Origin: Catajapyx aquilonaris | Lineage: Eukaryota | Assembly: GCA_000934665.2 (NCBI GenBank) | Contig: KZ539080.1 | Coordinates: 1 to 34,165, forward strand | Direction of reading: 5' to 3' | DNA length: 34,165 bases | In this document: positions 1 to 11,076 of the stretch, one piece after another | How positions within the stretch are numbered: position 1 is the first letter of the stretch | Layout: each line of letters starts with the position of its first letter | Made by a program: the position numbers and the translations under genes | The notes under the pieces: generated by a model | What the model saw: the letters and a program-made list of their open reading frames with translations, nothing else | Told to the model about the DNA's origin: nothing | Databases searched by the model: none

Positions 1-149
1 AATGCAAAGTTAGAAATAAATAATTTTAGTCTGGGGGTCATTTGCCCCCCACCGCACTAGTTAAGTGAATTTTTCCACCGCACTAACTAAGAGTTAATGA
101 ATAATAATACGCGGACTGCCCGAATTACTCCTGGACTGCCCGGATTACC

Positions 150-823
150 TACAGTTACGTGATCAAAATGACCCAGTGACCCATTTTTGAGGAGGGCAGA
201 GGTCAATTCATAAAATTTCGACCTCACCGATTTTCTTGAAATTCGGTGTAATGGTAGCTCACCCCAAGGGATGGAAAACGCACCTATAGTCACCTGATGA
301 AAATGACCCTGTGACCCATTTTTGAAGGAGACAGAGGTCAAATTCCGATCTCATCGATTTTCTTGAAATTCGGTGCATTGACATATGCCCCCCTCCAATA
401 TGGGTCACAGGGTCATGTCGAGCAGGTAATTAGGGCTATAGGTGCGTTTTCATCCCTTGGGGTGGGCTACCAATGCACCGAATTTGAAGAACATCGGTGA
501 GGTCAGAATTTGACCTCTGCCCCCCTCAAAAATTGGTCACAGGGTCATTTTTATCAGGTGACTATAGGTGCTGTTTTCATCCCTTGGGGTGGGCTACCGA
601 ATTTCAAGAAAATCGGTGAGGTCGGAATTTGACCTCTGCCCTCCTCCAATATGGGTCACAGGGTCTTTTTGATCAGGTAACTATAGGTGCGTTTGTTAGC
701 CCTTGGGGTGGGGCACCGAATTTCAAGAAAATCGGTGAGGTTGGAATTTTATGAGTTGAAAAATGTCCCAAGTTGTCAGGGCAAATCTCAAGACATCATA
801 TGATGTTCGTAGTCGTCAAAGGG
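150..823. mobile_element. Non-autonomous DNA transposon segment with ~125-135-bp subrepeats in both orientations and a piggyBac-like right end
   Basis: About 2 units (gaccctgtgacccatttttga...gattttcttgaaattcggt) at 160-380 and about 3 reverse-complement units at 390-760. Ends ...gtagtcgtcaaaGGG followed by TTAA (824-827). Confidence 0.6.
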
Positions 824-1187
824 TTAATTCATATTAATTCAAATTAATTAATATATTAACATATAAAAAATATATTACATTAATTCTGGTCAGAAGCAAT
901 GGCTGCAGCCATCTTGGAATGTGTTGGGATGGGCCCTTCATACCCAAATCTGCACAAAGATCTTACATCCTGGTAGTACTGTATTTATTTTTTAATGGCA
1001 CCAGGTCCCATCCAAACTCGTGCAGGTTTTGCATGTCATTTGCATATGGTGTTTGCTACCAAATCATGGAAAGATTGTATTTTTTGCCTGTGTGCAGGAT
1101 GGGCCCCTCTTGCACTTGTCATTAGAGCAATGTCTTTATTATTTGGAGCAGATTTTTCATTTGAACATTAATAACTGGATTCTTTCC

Positions 1188-1541
1188 TGGGGAAGGCTTG
1201 GTGGCTGAGATGGTAACGTCTCGGCTTGCTGTGCGGAAGGTCCCGGGTTCGATCCCCGCCCGGGAGTTCCCTTTCGCCTGTGCCAGTGGGTCTCTCACCC
1301 GCGCCTTAGGAGGCGTCTTGGCAACCTACCCTCCTAGGGGACTGCACATGACCCTTTTCAGACATTGCACTTGCACCAGTGTCCCCTCCCTAAAAATCCC
1401 CATCCTTACCCTACATCCTTAAAGTCCTTGCACGGAGTTCGAGGAAAATAAGAAAAATCTATTCAAATGGTGGCAATCCACCCCCATAAGAGAGCACCGC
1501 TCTATCACGGGGTAAAAGTAAAAAATAAATAAATAATGATA

Positions 1542-1572
<31 letters not shown>

Positions 1573-1589
1573 TAATAATACTAATAATA
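1188..1589 (+). mobile_element. tRNA-derived SINE family A, copy 1
   Basis: A-box tggctgagatgg, B-box ggttcgatccc, conserved body, 3' CCCC..GGGG hairpin and (TAA)n tail. Confidence 0.9.
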
Positions 1590-1925
1590 GGGGAGGTGTG
1601 GTGGCCGAGATGGTAACATCTCGGCTTGCTGAGTGGAAGGTCCCAGGTTCGATCCCCGCCTGGGGAACTTTCCTTTCACCTGCGTCAGGAGGGTCTCTGA
1701 CCTGCACCAAGGAGGTGTCTGGCAACCTAACCTCCTGGGGAACAGCACATGACCCCTTTTCAGACAATGCACTTGCACCCATGTTCCCTCCCCAAAAATC
1801 CCCCTATGTCCTTGTTTTCCGGAGTGAAGATAAAATTAGAAAATTGATCGAAAAATGGTGGTGGTGTACCACCCCCCCCCCCCCCNCCCCCCCCCATAGA
1901 ACCCGTAAGGGTCCTCATGGGGTAC

Positions 1926-1987
<62 letters not shown>
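1590..1987 (+). mobile_element. tRNA-derived SINE family A, copy 2 (tandem with copy 1)
   Basis: A-box tggccgagatgg, B-box ggttcgatccc, same body, ~60-nt (TAA)n tail. The pair is flanked by the 14-bp TSD actggattctttcc (1174-1187, 1988-2001). Confidence 0.9.
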
Positions 1988-2003
1988 ACTGGATTCTTTC
2001 CAG

Positions 2004-2318
2004 GTGATTCCCCTTCGCTGGCTTCCTCCTGAGGCAGTCCTTGAGGATGACTATTCAACAAAGACAGATGTCTGGTCATTTGGATGCCTCACCTGGGAGC
2101 TATTCAGGCAGGCTGAGCTCCCTTTCTCAGACCGAAGTGATGAGGTGATACTGAGGCAACTGAAAGGGAGGGAGCTGCGGTGGGAGGCTCCCAAAGAGGC
2201 ACCTCCACAGCTGGCAGCCTTGTTGGGGCGGTGCTGGGCAGACAGTCCAAGGGACAGGCCCAGTTTCAGCGAGATTGCACTTGGCCTTGGGGATATTCTA
2301 GTCGACACCAAGATTTGA
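2004..2318 (+). CDS. otk: Terminal coding exon of an off-track/PTK7-like receptor tyrosine (pseudo)kinase, kinase subdomains VIII-XI
   Basis: Acceptor ttctttccag ends at 2003 (phase 0). Translation VIPLRWLPPEAVLEDDYSTKTDVWSFGCLTWELF...RCWADSPRDRPSFSEI resembles the PTK7/Otk C-lobe. TGA at 2316-2318. The poly-N start of the listed ORF is a SINE (TAA)n tail, not coding. Upstream exons lie outside the window. Confidence 0.88.
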   Translation: MIPLRWLPPEAVLEDDYSTKTDVWSFGCLTWELFRQAELPFSDRSDEVILRQLKGRELRWEAPKEAPPQLAALLGRCWADSPRDRPSFSEIALGLGDILVDTKI

Positions 2319-3217
2319 GATGATAGAGAAGGAATTTTTTTGTGAGTGCAGAATTTTGCTGGTTGATGTGCCAAACGTCCATGTTCTGGTTCTTTCAGGA
2401 AGAAAATGTCTTGGCCTTTGGTGGACTTACTTAGAGTGTTAGACTTACTCACCATGTTGGCTGGTCACTGCAGTACATGCAAGATCTTTTGCAATTTTGT
2501 TTATTACCAATTGATTCTTTTGAGTGCTGATTGGTCTGCTCTCACCTGAACATTATGTGTAAAGTGTAATGGTTAGTGCATATGTGGTGTTAGAAGCAGG
2601 CACTCACCATGACATAACACGGCACTTTGTACACAGGGCACAGGTAAATAATTTATGTGTGATTGACCCATGCATTTATGAAATGATGTGTGCCTATGTT
2701 GCTGAATGTGGGGTCTATAGACCTATATAGTAAAAGGTGTGAGATTGGTGTTGCAGATGTTTCTTCAATGCTCATGCTTCAGCACATGCTCACCTTTCAT
2801 GGCATGAGTTACAGAAGATGAATGGGGTCTCAGAGGAGGGAGCAAATAATGGGAGTGGTATTGTCTATGTGTGTCATTGTTCAGTTTTTTTTACACACTG
2901 ACTTGACTGCCATGGTGATCAAAAGGAGGTTTTCCAGTGCATTTATCGTATGTTTGATAACATTTTTGATGTGCAGTACAAAAAAAAATTTTTTCATCAA
3001 ATTCACATGATTGTTGTATTGTGATGCATTTTTCATGGTAGTGTTTTCCACAAGTCATTTTGCATTTTCCCTTATTTTAAAGGGAAATATTCCTAGTCAC
3101 TTTTTACAAGTGGTTTATATCCACTCATTCATAACGTAAGTGATGTGATGTATTTAGAAGGACATTTCCTTTAGTATAGGAATGCATTTTTTATTTTAAT
3201 GCGGTGTGCCTGTGTAT

Positions 3218-3260
3218 TAATAATGATGATGATGATGATGATGATGATAATAATAATTAT
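3218..3260. repeat. (TAA)/(GAT)n microsatellite
   Basis: taataatgatgatgat...gataataataat seen directly. Confidence 0.9.
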
Positions 3261-4215
3261 GGGTAGTGCACTGTCCCTGTTGGGGCATCTGGCACGGAAC
3301 CTTCATAAGCTTTGAAATGTACAAAAATAGTCCTTTTTTTGTTATTCCTGTATTCCTTGTCTGCTGAAAGGTTTATCCTTATACTGTCACATGAGAGCCA
3401 TATAAGTGGTGCTATGAAATTAGATGACTTGGGTGAGTATCAATCTGCAATTCTTCAAAGAATCCCAAATTATTTGTAATTACAGGTAACAATATTGCAA
3501 ACAGTACTTTTACCTACACATGATCCTGATATTCAAGTGGTGAAAAAAGTGCATCCCTCACTTCAGTGATGTGTTTAGGTATTTTGCACATGTCTAAATC
3601 ATATGATCAAGGGAAGAACTAGCAATGGTGGGCCTTGGGTCAGGAATGCCATCATGACATCCCAAACAGTCCATTTCTCCATGAGCCCTCAGTTACACAA
3701 TATACCTTTAACTGCTATTAGGGCAGGTTTGTGATCCAAGAGCCACATATTGGCCAAGGCCTTCTGCTTTCAAGCTCAAGAGCGCGAAGCTGACCATGTC
3801 AAAATGATGTTGGCTGGGTGTTGCCTGACCGGGCCTGCTCGCCTCCCCCTTGATCCCCCCCCCTTGATCAGTGAGGGTAGTTTTGAGAAGAATGAAAAAA
3901 ACTGGAAAAGATTCAGACAAGCAAGCAAGACTGACCTTGACATGACCATAGCTACCATTTCCCACGACTTTTAATAATAACTTTAAAAATAGCCTCATTT
4001 TCTGGGAAAAGCATATAATAACAAGCGGACATACGTACCATGATTTTGCTCCAATTTTGTTACAAAAATTGTACTGAACAGAACTTGCAACTTCAAAATA
4101 ATATACATATCACAATAATACATCCACTATTCCTAGCTTGGAGGATTGTGATCCTCATCATCTGACAATGCCGCAACATACCGTATGTGTTGTCAGATTT
4201 TGATAGCTTTTTTAA

Positions 4216-4563
4216 AATTATGTTACACCGTGAAAGGGCCACCAGAGGTCCTCTCCTCCACCAGAGGAGGGTGTGGAATACCCCGTTTCCATCCATTTTT
4301 TGTATTTCTCTTCAACTCCGTTGCAAGGATGAAAGGACATAGGGTAAGGGTGGGGATTTCTGGGGAGGGGAGACAGGTGCAGGTGCAATGTCTAAACAAG
4401 GGTCATGTGCAGTCTCCCTGGAGGTTAGATTGCCAGATGCCTCCGAGGTGCGGCCCAGAGACCCTTCTGACGCAGGCGAAAGGGAACTCCCGGGCGGGAT
4501 TCGAACCCAGGACCTTCCTCATAGCAAGCCGAGACGTTACCGGCTCGGCCACCGTGCCTCCCC
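4216..4563 (-). mobile_element. tRNA-derived SINE family A, copy 3
   Basis: Reverse complement of the same head and body. Degenerate TSD tttgatagcttttttaa / tttgatcgcattttaa. Confidence 0.88.
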
Positions 4564-4805
4564 ATTTGATCGCATTTTAAGGAGTAGCACTATTGATGGA
4601 CTGAACCTACGGAAGGAGCCGTAGAATGCAGTTTTGAATGTTTGGACCTACACCAATGTCTGGGGATACTAGTCTATTATGTACAAAATACATATTCTTA
4701 GTTTAGGTGTTGTAGGCATCAAGGTAATTGTACAAAAATGATGCAATTTCATGGCTCACACTATTTTCATCCCTGCTGCTTCCCCTGAAGATAAATATTT
4801 TCTGC

Positions 4806-5173
4806 GGGGAAGGCACGGTGGCCGAGATGGTAACGTCTCGGCTTGCTATGCGAAAGGTTCCGGGTTCTAATCCCCGCCCGGGAACAAACCTTTCGCTTGC
4901 GTCAATGGGTCGTGACCCGCACCTGAGGAGGTGTCTTGGCAACCTGGCCTCCTGGGGGACTGCACCTGGCCCACCGCTGGACAATGCACCTGCACCTGTG
5001 TCCCCTCTCCAAAAATCCCCAACCCTTGCCCCATTTCCTAGTAATCCTTGCACCGGAGTTCGAAGAAGTAGAAAACTGAAAACTGAATGATGGTAGGCCA
5101 CCCCCCGAAAGGCCCATAGAGGGCCATCAAGGGGTACGGAAAAAAATAAAATAAATGAAATATATATATATTT
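4806..5173 (+). mobile_element. tRNA-derived SINE family A, copy 4
   Basis: Same head and body, 3' hairpin, A/TA-rich tail. TSD ttttctgc at 4798-4805 and 5174-5181. Confidence 0.9.
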
Positions 5174-5284
5174 TTTTCTGCAGATCATTGAGTGACTAAA
5201 TTTTTCAAATATCTTGGTGGTCAAGACAACGACAGGCTGTAGGCTACAGGTAGGAGAGCAGGACATTTTATTGATGGCTATTAA

Positions 5285-5764
5285 CCCTGGAACCATGACG
5301 TGCCTGAAAGTTACGGCAACCGTGACGTGGGGTCTTCTATAGGACCACATCCATATTTTAATTTTTATTAATTTCTATATAATACTTTGCAATGTATTGA
5401 CTATATGCAATCATCCTCTCCCCCTTGGAAAGGCCACGGCCCACAGGGTAAATATGCACAGGGTAACTATGCCTAAAATGATCGCTAATTCAAAATAAAC
5501 ATGCACTTCCTGTTATATACTTTTTTTAAATGGCAAAAGTTCATTGCAATTATCATTTTAACCCTGTAAGGCCCACTAATCTAAGTAATGCCCACTGGGT
5601 CATATCTGGCACACCATTTAGTGCAATTTTTGCAACTTTTGCAATTTTTATATTTCCTGTAAGTGCCAAATTGCACTAAATGGTGTGCCAGATATGATCC
5701 AAGGGGCATTACAGGGTTAATGCATTTTAATTCCTTTGGGGTCGTAAACGTCCCGGTTCCAGGG
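5285..5764. mobile_element. piggyBac-like MITE
   Basis: TTAA|CCCTGGAACC...GGTTCCAGGG|TTAA. Confidence 0.85.
5562..5716. mobile_element. piggyBac-like palindromic MITE nested in the previous MITE
   Basis: TTAA|CCCTGTAA...TTACAGGG|TTAA, with internal inverted repeat catatctggcacaccatttagtgcaattt. Confidence 0.85.
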
Positions 5765-6087
5765 TTAATGGTCAGGCCATAAATTATGGAGGTAGCCTCT
5801 TGGCACCTGTAAGTTTTTTAAATCCTTGGAGACATCTAAAATATGTATGATGTCTGGTAATCTAAAATTACCAAATTGTACACAGTTGCTGTGGGAGCAA
5901 CTTTTTTGGGGGCACAAGAACTTGTATGGGATAATAAGAAAGCTATGGCAAGTGAAGCAATCATGAAAAACCCTCTTGCTAAAATAAATTTACTAGGATG
6001 CTAGAATGCTAGATGGTGAGAGGAATACTATTAATAGGTCTATAATGCTATATCACGCGTTTCATTATTATGAAGGTTACATTGGTA

Positions 6088-6294
6088 CACCCGCGAGCAT
6101 AAAGATGGAGACGGCAGGCCCTCACCTTCGGCAGGCTGCTCTGCCAATCTCAGCAATTACAGTATCAAAATATACTGTCATAAATACATGAACTCAAGCC
6201 TGAAGCAGCTAACTCGGTCCAAAAATAGTTCATTAATTTGAGTCGGATAAAGAAAAAAAAGGGCCTGCCGTCTCTATCTTTATGCTCGCGGGGG
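6088..6294. mobile_element. MITE with ~35-bp TIRs and TA flanks (Tc1/mariner-like)
   Basis: cccgcgagcataaagatggagacggcaggccct versus agggcctgccgtctctatctttatgctcgcggg. Confidence 0.8.
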
Positions 6295-6588
6295 TACCAG
6301 GACTGTTTTTGAAAGCATTAGATGTGGCAGAAAGTTATTGAATGAGGATTTCAATATGATCTATGCAATAAGGGTATTTTTGGGGGTAAGGAACCAAGTT
6401 GCAACAAATATTTTTCTTAGATTCATCGTGTTTTTCCTTGTGGAAAACTTTTGAGGATTGTTTTTTCTATTGAGTTTCACATAGAGCTTACTGCCTTTTG
6501 CTATAATGATGAATATTATTTTAAGGTATCATTCTATGTATGGGACCAGAGGAGCAAAGACAAACCAGTAATTAACCAAGCAGAAACA

Positions 6589-6695
6589 TCAGTGCATGGC
6601 TGGAACCATCTTCTGGAGGTAGTCCACACCATCCTTGATCTTCTGGGCGAGCTGGGTGTGGTTATAGTTCATGATGGAACCGTATAACGGTTCAG
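6589..6695 (-). CDS. CMTR2: Probable CMTR2 last coding exon
   Basis: Acceptor ctcaattttgcag|CT at 6695 is phase-1 compatible with the 11077 donor. It gives ELL-AEPLYGSIMNYNHTQLAQKIKDGVDYLQKMVPAMH*, which resembles the helical CMTR2 C-terminus as I recall it. Confidence 0.7.
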
Positions 6696-7462
6696 CTGCA
6701 AAATTGAGCAGGTGAATGAGATGAAACCAAACAAAGCAAGGAGGGGACCTGCTATATATATATATATCGTTTTCAAATGATGCAATGCATTTGGTGCCAA
6801 GAAAAGTCATGAGTGACCTTAGAAATGATTCTTCATCCCCTGAAAAATAATGCACAGGTGTCAACTGGTTGATAATTTCCATGCTTCTTGACATGTGACT
6901 TGTCAAACCTCATCCTATTTTTTGGGTGCAAAGGACTACAGGTAGGAGCTTGTCATAAAAATCATGAAACAGTTTAACAGAACAGGTGGGTAAGTAAGGG
7001 CTGATGCAAGGCTTCATGTACGAACATGTTATGGCTAACGATGCTAGTTTACCTCGTGCTCATACAACTAGCCCTTAAAGGAGTATACAATGCATCTTGC
7101 AACACAAACATGCATGTTCATGAATAATTGTGAAAGAAGGCTGTTTTCACATACGTACAACATGAGGCACTCAACTCTGAGGATATGTTGCCATAAATAT
7201 TACAAGACCTTGGTACAGTAAAATCATATCATGGCTGATATTCAAAAGGATTTTCCTGATGAATCACAACACTAGGCATACCTTTCAGCTTTTGTTCTCC
7301 TTTCACAAGAGTGTTACCTATCAAAAGGAAACTTTCTTTGATGCAACACATGAGCATAGATGTCAAATTGAGATAATTATCTCAATATAATTATGATGTA
7401 GCCAAGTCCCATATGAAACTCTGATACAGCCATCACACCAGCACTTTCTTCCAACTGGCCGA

Positions 7463-7760
7463 CTTTTAGACTTTTTTTCATCGAAAAAAAGTCTTATAGA
7501 ATGGTTCTGTCCATCTGTCCATCCATCCATCTGTGGACAGGTATCATAGCCGAAATTGCAAGAGAGTGACAAACGTTTTTCAGATTCGGATTCAGAGGAC
7601 CCTAAGTAGGTTCCAAGGTCAACTTCCGATGACCACCCACTTCCGGTTTCTGGGTTCATCATATCCGTGAAGGTCAAGTTACAGGCAGGTTACCATTTGA
7701 GGCGCTTAGAACAAAAGTGGCCCAAGTCCAAAAAGCTCAAGTTGGGATAATTCACCTGCA
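7463..7760 (+). mobile_element. Possible Helentron/DINE-like non-autonomous element 5' fragment
   Basis: Starts in a T-run with a short inverted repeat (agactttttt/aaaaaagtct), followed by a (gtcc/atcc) microsatellite and aggtcaa-type repeats. Confidence 0.5.
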
Positions 7761-7962
7761 AGTTTGGAAGGTCATAGAAAAAAGGGAAATCATATGTCTG
7801 GATCCATATTATGTCAGATTGGCAATCATTACAGTGCAGTCTTTTTTAGATGTATTGCTACTGTAACAAAAAACTGATTCATTGATAAAAAATCATATGT
7901 GACTTACACCATAATGATGCTACAGAATCATGGACTTTCACCATTGTTGACTGGGTGTAATA

Positions 7963-8111
7963 CAATTTAATCCGGATATAATGGACTTCAAGGGACCGCG
8001 GAAATCAGTCTTGTTATAACAACGGTTATAACAAACCATAATTATGGAAATATGCCGGGACCGTCCTTTCGAGTCTGTTATAGCCGAGGCTGTTATATCC
8101 GGTGTGAACTG
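7963..8111. mobile_element. pogo/Tigger-like MITE
   Basis: TA|caatttaatccggatataa ... ttatatccggtgtgaactg|TA, with gttataac subrepeats. Confidence 0.65.
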
Positions 8112-8787
8112 TATTTATAAAATTTCCTTTGATCATTCCTCAATTTTAACAAAAATGATTTTAGTAAAAATTTATTTTCATAAAAAATTTAAGAGAAGGA
8201 AATTTTCAACAAATATTAAAAATTCGCAAATTCACAACATAATTTTAAACATGGCAAAACTGACAGCCACACACTTATTATTTGTCATACTACACAATAT
8301 TATTTTGTCCATATAGAGGTGCCCCCAGAAATATCGCTTGGATCTTCGTCAGCCATCTTTAACAGCTGGTATGGGACTTACACCAGGATTGCTCCAAGGG
8401 GTAGGCAACTCTCCTTGGAGCATTAATGACATTATGTCATTTACTGCCCATATATCCCACTTCGGACTTATACCATTTTTTTCACCAACTTGGAGTAGTT
8501 CTCTGAATGCGATGGCAGTCCTATCTCGAAAATCGTATTTTTGGACTTGTGCCACTTTTGTTTTAAGCGACTCATTTAAATTGGGTTCCTTGCAATGGCC
8601 AATGAGACTGACAACAATCAATGTCAATGTTTTTCAATGAGAATCACATCGTGCTGTATCGTATCAGGTTTGTTAGCCTAATTTACCTCTGCCCAATGAG
8701 AAAGCGTATACTCGAATCACGCTTGGGTGATATGCCAATCTTGTTTTTAAATAGCATGCTGCTATTTGCAGGATAATATGGAGGATA

Positions 8788-9124
8788 GGGGGGGGAGGCG
8801 GAGTGGCGCTGCAGTAACGTATGCACCCACGGATGTGAGGGTCCCGGGTTCGATCCCAAGCCCGGGCATTCCCCCCTTCATCTCATGCTGAGTTGGATCG
8901 TCTCTGGCTTCGTCTTGGGTGGGATTCCTTGAGACTAACCACCCGGGGGAGTTCACAAAATGACCAAGCAACAACATTGCACTTTCACCTTGCACATCCC
9001 CTCCCAGTCACTCTGCCCGTGGGCCTGGGCGCTTCATTAAAGGTTCCAAAAATGTACAAATGTACAAGGACATAATAGAGGTCCTTGCTATACAGACCTC
9101 ACCATGAGGTCAAAAAAAAAAAAA
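8788..9124 (+). mobile_element. Diverged tRNA-derived SINE related to family A, copy 5
   Basis: B-box ggttcgatccc, collinear body motifs (gggggagttcacaaaatgacc, acattgcact), 3' hairpin gaggtc/gacctc and poly(A). Confidence 0.75.
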
Positions 9125-9794
9125 GATAGTAAGAGTGGTTTCATAAGATATACCCGAGGAAATCCATAGGTCGCCTACTTAGCACTGTGAATCAATAATA
9201 TTGGTGCAAACAGCTTAAAGTGTGAATTAAACAAGCAAAAAGTTATGGACTGTTCAATAGCCACTTATGCAAAACTCATGCCTGAAGTGGCGTGGCAGAT
9301 TCTCACTCTTGTTGTTGCTTTCTTAGGTCATCAGAAGTATTGGCTGGTAAGATCTATTGCAGCAGATTAAAAAAAAAAAAAAATCAGGCTTCTTCTGGCA
9401 ACCAATAATGGCTTGGCTCTGACAGTTTCTGAATGTCAGCTTCTTAAGATGCTTGATTCTCCATAGTTTCTTAGCTTGCTGCCTCAAAGGTGCAGGTTCT
9501 CATGAGTTGCATAGAGGCTTATTAACTTAAAATTTAAATTTAAAAATTCATGAACCTCTAAATGTGTCATTGGCTGGTTGGCCCAGGCCAACACATGGCT
9601 GCAGGAATAGGTGGAAGAAGTTTGTTGAAGAACTGCTGTATGTGTGCTGGAAACTCACCACCAATTTGCATCTTTTGGTAACACACAGTGTAACTTCTGC
9701 AGACTGGTATCAAAAGTGGCTATGCGAACAGGCCATTAGATTTACAAAAGGGGTGGCTGGAATAGATCAGTCTTTTGCAGATGCCTAGTATGTA

Positions 9795-10043
9795 GCACCC
9801 AGAAGCAGAAGTGATTAAGTCAGTTTTTCTCCAAATTGCGTTTCTGGCATTTTTGTGATCCTATTGTATGGTACTATTTTACGGAAAAATATTTCGCGCG
9901 GCAAAGGAACGCATGTCAGTGTTCTCCACATCATATCATCCATGACATAGCCGAACTCCCGAAGCAGAAGTTGCTAAGTACTACTTATCGGGGCAAAAAT
10001 GGCTAAGTCAAAAAATGACTTAATCACTTTTGCTTCTGGATGC
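9795..10043. mobile_element. MITE with ~33-bp TIRs, superfamily unassigned
   Basis: gcacccagaagcagaagtgattaagtca versus tgacttaatcacttttgcttctggatgc, plus an internal third copy near 9958-9978. TSD unclear. Confidence 0.75.
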
Positions 10044-11076
10044 TTCTTCAAATGCTACAGGAAATGATTGCAATGTGCAAGAATGTTCATTTCAAATTTT
10101 CTGGCAGAAGTAGATGACACCCAAATTTAGAGTTTATATTGTTCAATGAATATGATATTGCTGTAATTAAAATGATGACTGCAATGTGACATTGGTGGTA
10201 TCCCTTCATTGGTATTAAGAATAATTCTCTTTCGGGCCAGATAGGTAAAAACTACACAGCATGAATCCTCAGTACAAGGTGTTAGCATTTAAACACGCCA
10301 TCTAATTGCCTCTGGGAATTTGAAAATTATTACGCATCAGACCCTATTGAAGTGGAAAAATCAACTGACTTCTGAGTTCATCTATCAAATCCAGGGTAAT
10401 CCAAATTCAATGCCCATCATTTCAGTTATCAAATTTTTAACTACGGTACTCTGTTTATTGCAATAAGCATAATTTTGTCACTACTAAACTAGGCATAAAT
10501 GGCATACATGCTCGCCAGCGCGCTGTAACAGTACCTGACCACAGCCTACCACACAAGCCTAGATGCCACGTGAAATCCCGGGCACAATAACCCAGATCCA
10601 GAATGGGACCTGAATTTCACATGATGACACTTGTGGGAGTCAGAGATGGGCAGAAGTGAGTCTGAACTGGTTGTTGGGTAAGCAAACCACCAAGATCTTA
10701 CTCCTAGCTCTAATAGCTATCATGCAGTTATCCTCAGTTACAATACTATGGAATGAATACATATCCAAGGTCAATGAGATGGGTGGGTGGGTTTCTATTA
10801 CTATAGGCTTAAGGGCACAAGTCTGGACAGTCTGGACACAGTTCAATTTTATACTCCAAAATGAAATTTTGAATTTAACATCACGGAACATGCCTTTACA
10901 ATTCAACACAAGGATGTTGGATGCTTCAGATAATTTTGCAGTTTGTCCTTGATGAGTTAAAAATTAATTTGGGCAGTGTATCGATATGCAGACACAATCA
11001 CGATAATTAGGCTGCAGTACAAATTTACTGGGTAGAAACGAATAAATTGTTGACAACCCACATCCCTAATACTCAC

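Noticed and set aside
292..330. Hammerhead-like CTGATGA in the tandem repeat (and CTGAGGA at ~4924)
   Set aside because: No properly placed GAAA, and the motif is not conserved in sister copies.
150..760. CRISPR-like array
   Set aside because: Units are long, degenerate and lack unique spacers; the context is eukaryotic with no cas genes.
1189..1265. tRNA genes at the SINE heads (also 1590, 4563, 4806, 8788, 32542)
   Set aside because: Imperfect cloverleaves, ambiguous anticodon, and each is followed by a shared body and tail, several with TSDs.
1917..2003. Poly-Asn N-terminus on the kinase ORF
   Set aside because: It is the SINE (TAA)n tail in an intron; the exon starts at 2004.
1198..5090. 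Repeated MVAEMVTSRLA... ORFs as a peptide family
   Set aside because: These are translations of SINE copies; frames and stops are not conserved.
8338..8640. Overlapping ~100-aa ORFs in the CMTR2 intron
   Set aside because: No recognisable domain or splice support.
10180..10950. Possible degraded LINE (MGIEFGL, FTYL-like words) or alternative CMTR2 exon on the minus strand
   Set aside because: Too few ordered motifs to support a call; the 6695 exon fits better as the CMTR2 terminus.
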